This document shows positions 46,969-57,728 of a DNA stretch of 64,000 bases, in pieces; the first letter of the stretch is position 1; each line of letters opens with the position of its first letter. The stretch is from Betaproteobacteria bacterium Ga0077523. Lineage in GTDB: Bacteria > Pseudomonadota > Gammaproteobacteria > Burkholderiales > Ga0077523. The notes beneath the pieces are model-generated. The model saw only the letters and a program-made list of their open reading frames with translations. It did not search any database and was not told where the DNA came from. The DNA lies in NCBI GenBank assembly GCA_001464695.1, contig LNDQ01000104.1:4748-68747 (forward strand). The letters are read 5' to 3'. A program made the position numbers and the translations under genes.

Positions 46969-48335
46969 TCTCGCGTCGGCGCTTTCTTCAGGCCTCGGGT
47001 GGCCTGGTGCTGCCGTTCGCCGACGTCGGGCTGCGTGCGGCGTTCGGTTCGCAACCGGAGTTGCCGGCCGTGCCGGAGCTGGCGTTCGATCGCAGCGAAC
47101 CGGGGCTCGCGCGCGGCAGGCTGGTCGCGGCACCGGCGCGTGCGACGATCAACGGCCAGGTGGTGAACGCGCTCACCTACAACGGCAGTTTTCCGGGACC
47201 GCTACTCAGGGTGCGGGAGGGCGAGACGGTGCAGTTGCGCTTCGAGAATCGCACCGATGCCGACAGCAACCTGCATTTCCACGGGCTGTCGCTGCCGCCC
47301 GGCGGCCGTGCGGACAACGTCTGGCTCCATCTGCCGCCGGGTGTTGCATTCGACTACGAGTTCGTCGTGCCGCACGGTAACGCGGGCCTGCACTGGTACC
47401 ACCCGCATATCCACGGCAAGACGGCGCGGCCGATGTTTCGCGGCCTGGCGGGGCCGATCCTGGTCGAAGGCGACTACGCGTTCGAACGGGAACTCGATTG
47501 CGACGACCGGGTGCTGGTGCTGAAGGACATCACGTTCGACGGCGACGGGATCGAGGAGCACTCGCGCAACGAATGGGCGGTGGGCAAGGAAGGCAAGCTG
47601 CTGCTCGTGAACGGCGTGGAGCGCCCCGTCATCCGGGCGCGCAAGTCGCTGGTGCGGTTGCGCCTCCTCAATGCCTCGAACGCGCGCTATTGGCGTCTCA
47701 GGCGATCCGACGAACGGCCGCTGGTGGTGATCGCACACGACGGACGCTATCTCGATCATCCGCGGGAATCCGCGGATATCTTCCTCGTGCCCGGTGCTCG
47801 CGCCGAGGTACTGGTGGTGCTCGACGATGCCGCGCCCGTGGAACTCTGGTATTTCCCCACGCCGCGCCGCGGCATGGCGTTCACCGAACCGCAGCCGCTC
47901 GTGACGATCGAGCCGCCGGGCGTTCTCACGAAGGCGTCGTGGCCCGATGCGCTGGTGCCGCACACGCCGTTCCGAGAAAGCGAGGCCGAGATCGAACGCG
48001 AGATCATCCTGTCGCTCTTCAACATCTGTTCGCGCTTTCTCGACGAGAGCCAGGTCAACATCCGCACGCACCGCGACGCGAAGGAGATCTGGCGCGTGCG
48101 CAACGTGGACATCATGGACCATCCGTTCCACCTGCATACGTGGCACTACGAGGTGCTCGACGTGAACGGCACCGCACCGGCCTATCGTGCCCAGCGCGAC
48201 ATGTTCAACATCCGCGAAGGCGACACGGTGCGCATCGGCATCCACTTCACCGAGCACACCGGACGTACCCTCTATCACTGCCATTTTGCCGAGCACGCGG
48301 ACCGCGGCATGATGGCCATCCTGCAAGTCGACTGA
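46965..48335 (+). CDS. Tat-exported three-domain multicopper oxidase
   Basis: SRRRFLQ; HFHG, WYHPH, HPFHLH and HCHFAEHADRGM copper motifs; TTGA overlap with the upstream gene. Confidence 0.92.
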   Translation: MISRRRFLQASGGLVLPFADVGLRAAFGSQPELPAVPELAFDRSEPGLARGRLVAAPARATINGQVVNALTYNGSFPGPLLRVREGETVQLRFENRTDADSNLHFHGLSLPPGGRADNVWLHLPPGVAFDYEFVVPHGNAGLHWYHPHIHGKTARPMFRGLAGPILVEGDYAFERELDCDDRVLVLKDITFDGDGIEEHSRNEWAVGKEGKLLLVNGVERPVIRARKSLVRLRLLNASNARYWRLRRSDERPLVVIAHDGRYLDHPRESADIFLVPGARAEVLVVLDDAAPVELWYFPTPRRGMAFTEPQPLVTIEPPGVLTKASWPDALVPHTPFRESEAEIEREIILSLFNICSRFLDESQVNIRTHRDAKEIWRVRNVDIMDHPFHLHTWHYEVLDVNGTAPAYRAQRDMFNIREGDTVRIGIHFTEHTGRTLYHCHFAEHADRGMMAILQVD

Positions 48336-48356
48336 CTTTCCTTCGAAGGAGCTGCC

Positions 48357-48665
48357 ATGAATCGGACCCTCGTACTTATCGCTCTCGCCCTGTGTGCCAC
48401 CGGCGCGCAGGCGGGTGACCCCGAAGCGGGCAAGGCCAAGTCCGCGCCCTGTTCGATCTGTCATGGGGCCGACGGCAAGGCCCAGATTCCCATGTATCCG
48501 AAGCTGGCGGGTCAGAACGAGCCCTACCTGGTGAGTGCGCTCAAGGCGTACAAGAACGGCGATCGCAAAGGGGCGATGGCCGGCATGATGACGCCGAACG
48601 TGGCGAATCTCTCCGACGCCGATATCGAGGATCTCGCGGCGTTCTACCACAGCCTGCAGCCGTGA
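48357..48665 (+). CDS. cytochrome c553/c554-like
   Basis: [22 protein letters not shown] and distal Met in MMTP. Confidence 0.92.
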   Translation: MNRTLVLIALALCATGAQAGDPEAGKAKSAPCSICHGADGKAQIPMYPKLAGQNEPYLVSALKAYKNGDRKGAMAGMMTPNVANLSDADIEDLAAFYHSLQP

Positions 48666-48707
48666 TTGCGCCGGCCGGAGCGCGTCGCGCTGCGGCCGAT
48701 TTCAGTG

Positions 48708-49910
48708 TCACCAGCTCGGTTCGCGGTCCGGTGTGGCGCCGATCTTGTGGATCGACAGATCCGCCCCTTCGAATTCCTGTTCGGCATCGAGCCGCAGCCC
48801 CACCAGGCGCTTCAGGAACTGGTAGATGATGAAGCCGCCGACCACCGCGATGCCGATGCCCAGCGCAGTTCCGATGAGCTGCGCACCGAGGGTCACGCCA
48901 CCCATGCCTCCGAGCGCCTTGGCGCCGAAGATGCCGCATGCGATGCCGCCCCATGCACCGCACAGGCCGTGCAGCGGCCACACCCCCAGCACGTCGTCGA
49001 TCTTCCAGCGATTCTGGATGAGCGGAAACATGAACACGAAGAGCCATCCGGCCACGCCGCCCACCACGAGAGAACCGACCGGGTGCATCACGTCGGAGCC
49101 TGCACAGACCGCGACCAGCCCGGCGAGCGGTCCGTTGTGCACGAAGCCCGGGTCGTTCTTGCCGAAGAAGGTCGCGGCGAGCGTGCCGCCGACCATCGCC
49201 ATCAGCGAGTTCATCGCGACCAGCCCGCTCATCTTGTCGAGAGTCTGCGCGCTCATCACGTTGAAGCCGAACCAGCCCACCGTGAGGATCCACGCCCCGA
49301 GCGCGAGGAACGGAATGCTCGAGGGCGGATGCGACGAGACCCCGCCATCCTTCGAATAGCGGCCGCGGCGCGGACCGAGGTGGACGACGGCCATCAGACC
49401 CAGCCAGCCCCCCACGGCATGCACGACGATCGAGCCCGCGAAGTCGTGGAAGGTCGCCCCCGTGGCTTCCAGGATCTTGTCCTGGATGCCGAAAGCGCCG
49501 TTCCAGGCGATGCCTTCGAAGAACGGATAGACGAATCCGACCACCAGGAACGTCGCGGCGAGTTGCGGGTTGAAGCGCGCGCGCTCGGCGATGCCGCCCG
49601 AGATGATCGCCGGGATCGCGGCTGCGAAGGTGAGGAGGAAGAAGAACTTCACCAGCTCGAAGCCGTTCTTCTCGGCCAGCACTTCGGCGCCCGACATGAA
49701 ATGCACGCCGTAGGCGATGCCGTAGCCGATGAAGAAATACGCGATCGTGGACACCGAAAAATCCACCAGGATCTTCACCAGCGCATTGACCTGATTCTTC
49801 TGCCGCACCGTGCCGAGCTCGAGAAACGCGAAGCCCGAGTGCATCGCCAACACCATGATCGCGCCGAGCATGACGAACAGTGCGTCGGAACCGTGTCTGA
49901 TGTCTTCCAT
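48708..49910 (-). CDS. amtB: ammonium transporter (Amt family)
   Basis: GFAFLE.G, ISGGIAER, DFAGSIVVH, GWFGFN and DDVLGVWPLHG motifs. Confidence 0.92.
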   Translation of the reverse strand: MEDIRHGSDALFVMLGAIMVLAMHSGFAFLELGTVRQKNQVNALVKILVDFSVSTIAYFFIGYGIAYGVHFMSGAEVLAEKNGFELVKFFFLLTFAAAIPAIISGGIAERARFNPQLAATFLVVGFVYPFFEGIAWNGAFGIQDKILEATGATFHDFAGSIVVHAVGGWLGLMAVVHLGPRRGRYSKDGGVSSHPPSSIPFLALGAWILTVGWFGFNVMSAQTLDKMSGLVAMNSLMAMVGGTLAATFFGKNDPGFVHNGPLAGLVAVCAGSDVMHPVGSLVVGGVAGWLFVFMFPLIQNRWKIDDVLGVWPLHGLCGAWGGIACGIFGAKALGGMGGVTLGAQLIGTALGIGIAVVGGFIIYQFLKRLVGLRLDAEQEFEGADLSIHKIGATPDREPSW

Positions 49911-50040
49911 GATGCCTCCGTGATTTTGTCGTTAGCTGCGGCGCGCAGTATGCCGCTAAATGCGCGAGGCGTGAGGTGAAGGTCGGGGCGCGCGACGTGG
50001 GGCGTTAGAAGTGAGCGGTGCGGCGCGCGACTATGCCAAC

Positions 50041-50093
50041 CGGAGGCACTCCTTCCCCCGCGCATGCGGGGAACGCTGGGATGGGGGCCTCCG
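50041..50093. repeat. partial family C palindromic repeat (copy 2)
   Basis: ccttcccccgc-gcat-gcggggaa...gggatgggggcc, resembling 40652-40691, enclosed by cggaggc/gcctccg. Confidence 0.7.
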
Positions 50094-50100
50094 TGCCACT

Positions 50101-50589
50101 TCACGCCCGATCCCCCAAACCCAATCCCTTCAAGATTCTCTCCGCCAGCACCTCCGGCATATCCGCGACGTCGACGGTGAGCGCCGCATCCGGCGGCTCA
50201 AGGGTGTCGAACTGTGAAGCCAGCAGCGTTGCGGGCATGTAGTGCCCCTTGCGGGCAGCGAGCCGCGCACCGATCAGTTCGAACGTACCCACGAGGTGCA
50301 CCCACCGTATGTCGTCGACACCGGCCGCGATCCGGTCGCGGTAGCGTTGCCGGAGGGCGGAGCACGCGAGGATCGCCGGGCCGTCTTCGCGCAGCAATCC
50401 GTTGAGACGGTCGAGCCATGGCCAGCGATCGTCGTCGGTGAGCGGCTGGCCGCTGCGCATCTTCTCCACGTTAGCCGGCGAATGGAAATCGTCGGCATCA
50501 AGGAAGCGCCAGCCAAGCCGCTCGGCCAACAGCAGGCCCACGGTGGTCTTGCCGCAACCGGCCACGCCCATCAGGACGATGGCGCTCAT
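50101..50589 (-). CDS. gntK: gluconokinase (GntK/IdnK)
   Basis: MGVAGCGKT, DADDFH, PLTDDDRWPWL, ACSAL and SQFDTLE motifs. Confidence 0.92.
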   Translation of the reverse strand: MSAIVLMGVAGCGKTTVGLLLAERLGWRFLDADDFHSPANVEKMRSGQPLTDDDRWPWLDRLNGLLREDGPAILACSALRQRYRDRIAAGVDDIRWVHLVGTFELIGARLAARKGHYMPATLLASQFDTLEPPDAALTVDVADMPEVLAERILKGLGLGDRA

Positions 50590-51491
50590 TGCTTCACCGC
50601 ATGGCCGCCGAAGCCGGCGCGCATCAGCGCGAGCAGCTTCGAGGCGAAGTCGTCCTTGCCCTGGCTCGCGAAGCGCGCCATGAGTGCCAAGCTCATCACG
50701 GGCGTGGGCACGCCCAGTTCGATCGCTTCGAGCGCGGTCCAGCGGCCCTCGCCGGAATCGGCCACGAAGGGTTTGACCGCATCGACGGACGTCTCGTCAC
50801 GCAGGAAATCCGCGGTGAGATCGAGCAACCACGAGCGCACCACGCTGCCGTGCCGCCACATCTCCGCGATCGCACCGAGATCCAGATCGAATTCGCGCTT
50901 CGCTTCCATCAAGGCGAGGCCCTCGGCCAGCGCCTGCATCATGCCGTACTCGATGCCGTTGTGGACCATCTTCACGAAGTGGCCGCTGCCGGCCGGGCCG
51001 CAATGCAGCCAGCCGGTATCGGGCGTCGGTGCCAGGGCACGGATCACCGGCTCGACGATGTGTGCGGCATCCGGCGTGCCGCCGAACATGAGCGCGTAGC
51101 CGTTCGCGAGGCCCCACACGCCGCCTGAGACGCCGGCATCGACGAAGTGGATGCCGCGTTCGGACAGCACCTGCGCCCGGCGCTTCGAATCGCGGTAGTT
51201 GGCGTTGCCGCCATCGACGATGACGTCGCCCTTCGCCAGCAGTCCGGCGACGGCGGTGACGGTCTGCTCGGTGATGTCGCCTGCCGGCAGCATGATCCAC
51301 ACGATGCGCGGTGCGGTGAGTTTTGCGATCGCGTCCTCGAGACTGGTCGCAGCGGTGGTGCGTGCCTCGTCCGCGAGGCCGGCGCGGGCCTCGGCGTTCG
51401 CATCGTACGCGACCACTTCGACGCCGGCGCGTGCCAGGCGCCGCGCCATGTTGGCGCCCATGCGCCCCAATCCGATCATGCCGAGCTGCAT
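50586..51491 (-). CDS. gnd: decarboxylating 6-phosphogluconate dehydrogenase (short NAD+ type)
   Basis: GLGRMG, GVSGGVWG, HFVKMVHNGIEYG, DSGEGRW and FGGH motifs. Confidence 0.95.
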   Translation of the reverse strand: MQLGMIGLGRMGANMARRLARAGVEVVAYDANAEARAGLADEARTTAATSLEDAIAKLTAPRIVWIMLPAGDITEQTVTAVAGLLAKGDVIVDGGNANYRDSKRRAQVLSERGIHFVDAGVSGGVWGLANGYALMFGGTPDAAHIVEPVIRALAPTPDTGWLHCGPAGSGHFVKMVHNGIEYGMMQALAEGLALMEAKREFDLDLGAIAEMWRHGSVVRSWLLDLTADFLRDETSVDAVKPFVADSGEGRWTALEAIELGVPTPVMSLALMARFASQGKDDFASKLLALMRAGFGGHAVKQ

Positions 51492-51567
51492 CGCTTCTCC
51501 TCACCGGTCCATTAGTCGACCGCTCCGTATAATGCCGCGCATTCGATCGACCGGGCAGGGGTGTGCG

Positions 51568-52029
51568 ATGCCGAAAGTGAAGTTCGGGAGTCTCGCCGAG
51601 CTGAAAGCTCTGGTGGGCAAGGAAGTGGTCGTGAGCGACTGGGTGGAGGTCACGCAGGAGCGCGTCGATCGTTTCGCGCAGGCCACCGACGATTTCCAGT
51701 GGATCCACGTGGACGTGGAGCGGGCGAAGCGCGACTCACCGTTCGGTGCGCCGATCGCCCATGGGTTTCTCACGCTGTCGCTGCTCTCGAAGTTCCTGAA
51801 CGAGTCGGTGGACTTCGGTCCGTCAAGGATGGGTGTGAATTACGGCGGCAATCGGGTGCGATTCACTGATCCGGTGGCCGTGGGCAGCAAACTCCGGGCT
51901 CGACTGGTGTTGGGCAAGCTGGAGGACATTCCGGGCGGAGTGCAGATCCAGTGGAACGTGACGATGGAGCGTGAGGGCAGCGACAAGCCTTGCCTCGTTG
52001 CCGAGTGGCTTACGCGTAGGTACGACTGA
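51568..52029 (+). CDS. MaoC-family dehydratase
   Basis: ATDDFQWIHVD, IAHGFLTLS and VNYG motifs. Confidence 0.9.
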   Translation: MPKVKFGSLAELKALVGKEVVVSDWVEVTQERVDRFAQATDDFQWIHVDVERAKRDSPFGAPIAHGFLTLSLLSKFLNESVDFGPSRMGVNYGGNRVRFTDPVAVGSKLRARLVLGKLEDIPGGVQIQWNVTMEREGSDKPCLVAEWLTRRYD

Positions 52030-52047
52030 CTGTACAGAAGGGCGATC

Positions 52048-52140
52048 AACGCGGCGGACACGGCGGACGCGGCGGAAACCCGAAGGGCTTTGCTCTGCTT
52101 TGCGGGTTCCCGCCGCGTCCGCCGCGTTCGGCGCTGTTCG
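52048..52140. repeat. palindromic REP-like element, family A copy 2
   Basis: aacgcggcggacacggcggacgcggcggaaacc...gggttcccgccgcgtccgccgcgtt. Confidence 0.85.
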
Positions 52141-52147
52141 GTAGTGC

Positions 52148-52966
52148 CTAAGCCGCTGCCGGCATCTCGGAATCGAGCCGCTCCGCTGCAAACACGTACG
52201 CATCCATCCCGATGACCCCATAGGTCACGGCAGAATGCACACGCTCGTGCCGCTGCCCACCGGCAGCGGCGCCGTAGGCCACGAACAGCGGCAGGAAGTG
52301 ATCCTCGCTCGGATGCGCGCGCGCGGCATGCGGTGCGCGGTTGCGGTAGTCGACCACGGCTTCGGTATCGCCGGCCGCAAGACGATCGGCGAGCCAGTCG
52401 CGGAACTCGGTCACATACGGTGCGACCGATTCGTTCTCGCGCGACATGCGGAATTCGCGCAGGTTATGGGTGACGCCACCGGACCCCAGGATCAGCACGC
52501 CTTCGTCAGCTAGCGGCGCAAGCGCCTGACCTACCGCGAAGTGATGCGCGGCCCCCAGAGGCGTCTGGATCGACAGCTGTACGATGGGTATGTCCGCCTT
52601 CGGCCACATGTGCAACAGTGGCACCCACGCGCCGTGGTCGAGGCCTTGGCCGGCATCGACCACCACGGGAAGCTTTGCCTGACCCAGCAGAGTGGCCACG
52701 CGTTCCGCTAGCCAGGGCGCGCCCGCGGCCGGATACCGCAGCCGATAGAGCGGTTCGGGAAACCCGTAGAAGTCGTGGATGGTTTCCGGGTTGGTGGCCG
52801 CGCTCACCGCCGGAGCCGCGGTTTCCCAATGGGCGGAGACGGCCAGGATCGCTTTCGGGCGAGGCAGCCGGGCAGCCAGCGAAGCGATGGCGGCACCGGT
52901 GCTGCCGGGATCGAGCGCGAAGGTGGGTGCGCCGTGCGACACGAAGAGGGTGGGTAGGGCGGCCAT
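52148..52966 (-). CDS. DODA/YgiD-type class III extradiol dioxygenase
   Basis: FVSHGAP, SAHW, HDFYGFP, GLDHGAW, GSGGVTHN and HPSEDH motifs. Confidence 0.92.
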   Translation of the reverse strand: MAALPTLFVSHGAPTFALDPGSTGAAIASLAARLPRPKAILAVSAHWETAAPAVSAATNPETIHDFYGFPEPLYRLRYPAAGAPWLAERVATLLGQAKLPVVVDAGQGLDHGAWVPLLHMWPKADIPIVQLSIQTPLGAAHHFAVGQALAPLADEGVLILGSGGVTHNLREFRMSRENESVAPYVTEFRDWLADRLAAGDTEAVVDYRNRAPHAARAHPSEDHFLPLFVAYGAAAGGQRHERVHSAVTYGVIGMDAYVFAAERLDSEMPAAA

Positions 52967-53057
52967 GTGCAGCTCCGATACAAGAGATCTCATGACACAC
53001 TGTATGGGCTAAGGATCGACGAATAAAGGGCAACCCACGCGAGGATTCGGCAGGCAC

Positions 53058-53492
53058 ATGGCAAGAAGCGACTTCAAGCTCGCGCACCCGATGCGCGTGC
53101 GCTGGGCGGAAGTGGACCGGCAGGGCATCGTGTTCAACGGCCACTACCTCATGTATTTCGACTGCGGCATCACCGAGTACTGGCGCGCGATCGGCACGCC
53201 GTACCCGGAAGGTCTGACGGAGCACGGCAGCGACCTCTACGTGGTCAAGGCCACGGTCGAGTACCACGCTTCGGCCGGTTACGACGACGAGATCGAGGTC
53301 TGCGTGCGCGTGGCGGCCATCGGTCGCTCCAGCGTGCGGTTCGCGATCGAGATCCACCGCGGGCAGGACCACTTGGTCAGCGGCGAAGTGGTGTACGTGA
53401 ATGCGGACCCGGCGACCCGGAAGTCGGCGTCGGTCCCGGATTTCCTGCGCGATGCCATCGCACGCTTCGAGGGCCATGCACCGGTTGGGTGA
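53058..53492 (+). CDS. YbgC/4HBT-family acyl-CoA thioesterase
   Basis: [17 protein letters not shown] motif. Confidence 0.9.
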   Translation: MARSDFKLAHPMRVRWAEVDRQGIVFNGHYLMYFDCGITEYWRAIGTPYPEGLTEHGSDLYVVKATVEYHASAGYDDEIEVCVRVAAIGRSSVRFAIEIHRGQDHLVSGEVVYVNADPATRKSASVPDFLRDAIARFEGHAPVG

Positions 53493-53554
53493 ATGCGGGT
53501 GCCGGTGGCATACTCCGAGGTTCTCCGCAGCCCGCTCGAGGACCCACCGACACC

Positions 53555-54985
53555 ATGCAGATCAAGGACCGACTCTACATCGGCGGGCAGTGGGTTGCGC
53601 CTGCATCGACCGACACCCTGACAGTCGTGTCGCCGTCCACCGAGGCGGCCATCGCGACCATCCCGGCCGGTACGCGCGAGGACGCGGATCGTGCCGTGCG
53701 CGCCGCCCGGGGCGCGTTCGAAGCCTGGAGCACGACGCCGCCTGCGCAACGCGCTGACTTCCTGCGCCGGATCCATGAAGGGCTCAAGGCGCGGCAGGAC
53801 GAGATCGCCCGCGACATCGCCACCGAGGTGGGTATGCCGCTCAAGATGGCGTCCCGCATCCAGGCCAACCTGCCGATCCTCTCGTTCGGCCTGTACGCGA
53901 AGCTGGCTGGCGAATACGCCTTCGAGGAGCAGGTCGGCAACTCGCTGGTGATGCGCGAACCGGTGGGCGTCGTGGCGGCAATCACGCCTTGGAACTACCC
54001 GCTGCACCAGATCGCGGCGAAGGTGGCCGCGGCTCTGGCCGCCGGCTGCACCGTAGTGCTGAAGCCCTCGGAGGTGGCACCGCTCAACGCCTTCATCCTG
54101 GCCGAGATCGTGGACCAGGCCGGCGTACCGGCGGGCGTGTTCAACCTGGTTACCGGCCTCGGGCCCGTGGTGGGTGAAGCCCTGGCGGGACATCCCGAAG
54201 TGGACATGGTGTCCTTCACCGGTTCGACCCGGGCCGGCAAGCGCGTGGCGGAACTCGGCGGCGCCTTGGTCAAGCGCGTGTCGCTCGAACTGGGCGGCAA
54301 ATCCGCGTCGGTGGTGCTGGACGACGCCGACCTCGCGACGGCCGTGAAGGCGACGCTCAACTCCTGCTTCCTCAATTCCGGCCAGACCTGCAACGCGCTG
54401 ACCCGGCTGCTGGTGCCGCGCACTCGCTACGCCGAAGCGGCAACCCTCGCGGCCGAAGGTTCCAAGGCCTTCACGCCGGGCGACCCGCTGACCGATGCCG
54501 GCCGGATCGGCCCGCTGGTCACCTCGGCGCAGCGCGAGCGCGTGCGCGGCTTCATCCGCAAGGGCGTGGAGGAGGGGGCGGCGCTGCTGGCCGGTGGAGC
54601 CGAGCCGCCCGCCGGGCTGGCACAGGGCTGGTACATGCAGCCCACCGTGTTCGGCAACGTCAAGGCCGAAATGACCATCGCCCAGGAAGAGATCTTCGGG
54701 CCGGTACTCTCGATCATTCCCTACGACACGGAAGCCGAGGCGATCCGGATCGCCAACGGTACGGTCTACGGTCTCGCGGCGGCGGTGTGGTCCGGAGACG
54801 AAGCCCGTGCACAAGCGGTGGCGAAACGCATGCGCGCCGGCCAGGTGGAAGTGAACGGCGGCGCGTTCAACATCCAGGCCCCCTTTGGCGGCTTCAAGCA
54901 GTCCGGCCGCGGGCGCGAACTCGGCAAGTACGGGCTCGAGGAGTTCCTCGAGTTCCGTTCCCTGCAATTGAAGCCGGCGGCCTGA
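53555..54985 (+). CDS. aldehyde dehydrogenase
   Basis: [24 protein letters not shown] and EEIFGP motifs. Confidence 0.93.
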   Translation: MQIKDRLYIGGQWVAPASTDTLTVVSPSTEAAIATIPAGTREDADRAVRAARGAFEAWSTTPPAQRADFLRRIHEGLKARQDEIARDIATEVGMPLKMASRIQANLPILSFGLYAKLAGEYAFEEQVGNSLVMREPVGVVAAITPWNYPLHQIAAKVAAALAAGCTVVLKPSEVAPLNAFILAEIVDQAGVPAGVFNLVTGLGPVVGEALAGHPEVDMVSFTGSTRAGKRVAELGGALVKRVSLELGGKSASVVLDDADLATAVKATLNSCFLNSGQTCNALTRLLVPRTRYAEAATLAAEGSKAFTPGDPLTDAGRIGPLVTSAQRERVRGFIRKGVEEGAALLAGGAEPPAGLAQGWYMQPTVFGNVKAEMTIAQEEIFGPVLSIIPYDTEAEAIRIANGTVYGLAAAVWSGDEARAQAVAKRMRAGQVEVNGGAFNIQAPFGGFKQSGRGRELGKYGLEEFLEFRSLQLKPAA

Positions 54986-55037
54986 GCGCGCGTCGGCAGG
55001 CATTCACGATACCAACGACAACGGAGGAGGGGCGACG

Positions 55038-56258
55038 ATGGACTTCGATTTCACACCGAAGGTGAAGGAACTGCAGGGACGCGTCTCGGCGTTCATGGAC
55101 GAGCACGTGTATCCCGTCGAGAACCGGTTCCACGAAGAGATCGAAGCCAATCGCGCCAAGGGCAACGCCTGGATACCGACCCGCATCGTCGAGGATCTCA
55201 AGGTCAAGGCGCACGCGGCCGGCCTGTGGAACCTGTGGCGGCCGAAGGATCATGGCGGCGCGCTGACCAACCTCGAGTACGCCCCGCTGTGCGAGATCAT
55301 GGGCCGGATCTCGTGGGCGCCGGAGATCTTCAACTGCTCGGCGCCGGACACCGGCAACATGGAAGTGCTGCTCCGCTACGGCACCCCGGCGCAGCAGAAA
55401 CAATGGCTCGAGCCGCTGCTCGCCGGCCAGATCCGCTCGGCGTTCCTGATGACCGAGCCGGCCGTGGCGTCCTCGGACGCGACCAACATCGAGTGCCGCA
55501 TCGAGAAGAAGGGTGACGAATACGTCATCAACGGCCGCAAGTGGTGGTCTTCCGGCGCCGGCGACCCGCGCTGCAAGATCTTCATCCTGATGGGCAAGAC
55601 CGACCCGGACAACGCCAATCGCCACCTGCAGCAATCGATGGTGCTGGTGCCGGCGGACGCCAAGGGCGTCAAGGTGCTGCGTGCGCTGACCGTGTTCGGC
55701 TTCGACGACGCCCCGCACGGGCACATGGAAGTGGATCTGGTCGACGTCCGGGTGCCGGCGAGCAACATCCTGCTCGGCGAAGGGCGCGGCTTTGAGATCG
55801 CCCAGGGCCGTCTCGGGCCGGGGCGGATCCATCACTGCATGCGCATTCTCGGTCAGGCCGAACGCGCCCTGGAGCTGACGTGCAAGCGCCTGCAGGCGCG
55901 CGTCGCCTTCGGCAAGCCGGTGGCCGAACAGAGCGTGTGGCACGAGCGCATTGCCGAATCGCGCATCATGATCGAGCAGGCACGTCTGCTCACGCTGAAG
56001 GCGGCTTTCATGATGGATACGGTGGGCAACAAGGCGGCCAAGGCCGAGATCGCCATGATCAAGGTGCTGGCGCCCAACGTCGCGCAACAGGTGATCGACT
56101 GGGCGATCCAGGCGCACGGCGGCGGCGGCGTATCGCAGGAGTTCGCGGTGGCGCAGATGTACGCGCACAACCGTACGCTGCGGCTGGCGGACGGCCCGGA
56201 CGAAGTGCACCGGAGCCAGATCGCCAAGCTCGAACTGCGCAAGTACCAGCACCGGTGA
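55038..56258 (+). CDS. acyl-CoA dehydrogenase (ACAD10/11, FadE2-like)
   Basis: [34 protein letters not shown] and DGPDEVH motifs. Confidence 0.93.
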   Translation: MDFDFTPKVKELQGRVSAFMDEHVYPVENRFHEEIEANRAKGNAWIPTRIVEDLKVKAHAAGLWNLWRPKDHGGALTNLEYAPLCEIMGRISWAPEIFNCSAPDTGNMEVLLRYGTPAQQKQWLEPLLAGQIRSAFLMTEPAVASSDATNIECRIEKKGDEYVINGRKWWSSGAGDPRCKIFILMGKTDPDNANRHLQQSMVLVPADAKGVKVLRALTVFGFDDAPHGHMEVDLVDVRVPASNILLGEGRGFEIAQGRLGPGRIHHCMRILGQAERALELTCKRLQARVAFGKPVAEQSVWHERIAESRIMIEQARLLTLKAAFMMDTVGNKAAKAEIAMIKVLAPNVAQQVIDWAIQAHGGGGVSQEFAVAQMYAHNRTLRLADGPDEVHRSQIAKLELRKYQHR

Positions 56259-56923
56259 TCCGGCTCTGCGGGTTCCCCGCGAGCAACTACTACAACAAGG
56301 TCAAGCTCGCGCTGCTCGAGAAGGGCATCCCGTTCCAGGAGGAACTGGTCTATCCGTCCCAGGAGGACGGGATGCTCGCCGAGTCGCCGATGGGGAAGGT
56401 GCCGTTCCTGCGGCTTCCCGGCGGGTCTCTGGCGGAATCTCAGGCGATCTCCGAATACCTCGAGGATTCTCATCCGGAGCCGCCGCTCTACCCGCGCGAT
56501 TCGTACCAGCGCGCCAAGGCCCGAGAGTTGATCGAGCTGCTCGAACTGCATCTCGAGCTGCCGGCCCGGCGCCTGTACGGCGAGGCGTTCTTCGGCGGCA
56601 AGGCCTCGGACGAGGCCAAGCGCGAGGTGGAGAAGCTGCTCACCAAGGGGCTGCGGGCGCTGGCGCGCAGCGCACGGTTCGCGCCTTACATCGCGGGCTC
56701 CGAATACACCCATGCCGATTGCGCGGCGATCGTGCACCTGCCGACGGTGGTGGGCGTCACGAAGCTGATCTTCGGTACCGACCCGCTGGCGACTCTCGTG
56801 CCGGAGGCCCCGGCCTATCTCAAGGCCATGTTCGCGCGGCCGGCATCGAAAACGATGAACGAAGCGCGCAAGGCGGGCATGGAGACGTTCCTCGCCCTGC
56901 GCAAGGCCGCGGGTCCGCGCTGA
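56255..56923 (+). CDS. glutathione S-transferase
   Basis: SNYYNKV, SPMGKVP and ESQAI motifs; GTGA overlap. Confidence 0.9.
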   Translation: MIRLCGFPASNYYNKVKLALLEKGIPFQEELVYPSQEDGMLAESPMGKVPFLRLPGGSLAESQAISEYLEDSHPEPPLYPRDSYQRAKARELIELLELHLELPARRLYGEAFFGGKASDEAKREVEKLLTKGLRALARSARFAPYIAGSEYTHADCAAIVHLPTVVGVTKLIFGTDPLATLVPEAPAYLKAMFARPASKTMNEARKAGMETFLALRKAAGPR

Positions 56924-57014
56924 AACGGGTGCCGGCGACCCCCGTGGCGCGCGCACCGCAACGGGCATCACGGTCGGTATCAAGGTTGTCCATGCGCGCC
57001 TGTCCAATCGGTTC

Positions 57015-57101
57015 TTGGTGCGCCGCACAATGCACCAACACGCTGATTGCGAAGCGTGTTGATCGGCTTCGGGAAACGGGGTTGTAGTGCTCGAGTACTA
57101 C
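57015..57101. promoter_or_regulatory. cluster of inverted repeats upstream of the molybdoenzyme genes
   Basis: ttggtgc-N10-gcaccaa (57015-57038), aacacgct-N8-agcgtgtt (57037-57060), near-palindrome gtagtgctcgagtactac (57084-57101). Confidence 0.4.
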
Positions 57102-57263
57102 CATCGTTGTATCGGTGAAAACATAAGGCATTTCAACGCCTTCGCGTGCGCCGGAAGATGTTGATACCCCTAGATAGTTCGTGTAACTTCCGCGCGTCTT
57201 GCAGTTGTGTAGGACGGCGTAGTTCAACAACCTCGAACCTGACCGAAAGGGGGAGTTCACAAG

Positions 57264-57713
57264 ATGAATATCTCTTTTAATCTGAACGGCAAACCAGCCA
57301 GCGCGGACGTCGCCCCCGACACGCCGCTGCTCTGGGTCCTGCGCGATACCCTGGGAATGACCGGCACCAAGTTCGGTTGCGGCAAAGCGCTCTGCGGCGC
57401 CTGTACCGTGCACCTGAACGGCAATGCCGTGCGCTCCTGTCAGACCCCGATCGGCTCCGTCGCCGGTCAGAAGGTCACCACGATCGAAGGCTTGCCCGCG
57501 AACCATGCGGTCAAGAAGGCCTGGATCGCCCTCGACGTCCCGCAGTGCGGTTACTGCCAGCCCGGCCAGATGATGCAGGCCGCGGCACTGGTCGCGCAGA
57601 ACAAGAAGCCGAGCGATGCGGACATCGACGCCTGGATGTCGGGCAACATCTGCCGTTGCGGCACCTACCCACGCATCCGCGCTGCGATCAAAGACGCCGC
57701 GCGCATGGCGTAA
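57264..57713 (+). CDS. 2x[2Fe-2S] subunit, isoquinoline 1-oxidoreductase alpha (IorA)-like
   Basis: KFGCG..LCGACTV, QCGYCQ and NICRCGTY motifs. Confidence 0.92.
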   Translation: MNISFNLNGKPASADVAPDTPLLWVLRDTLGMTGTKFGCGKALCGACTVHLNGNAVRSCQTPIGSVAGQKVTTIEGLPANHAVKKAWIALDVPQCGYCQPGQMMQAAALVAQNKKPSDADIDAWMSGNICRCGTYPRIRAAIKDAARMA

Positions 57714-57728
57714 CGGAGGCCCCACACC

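Noticed and set aside
57015-57038. NtrC binding site
   Set aside because: Half-sites are in the opposite order and spacing to TGCACC-N5-GGTGCA.
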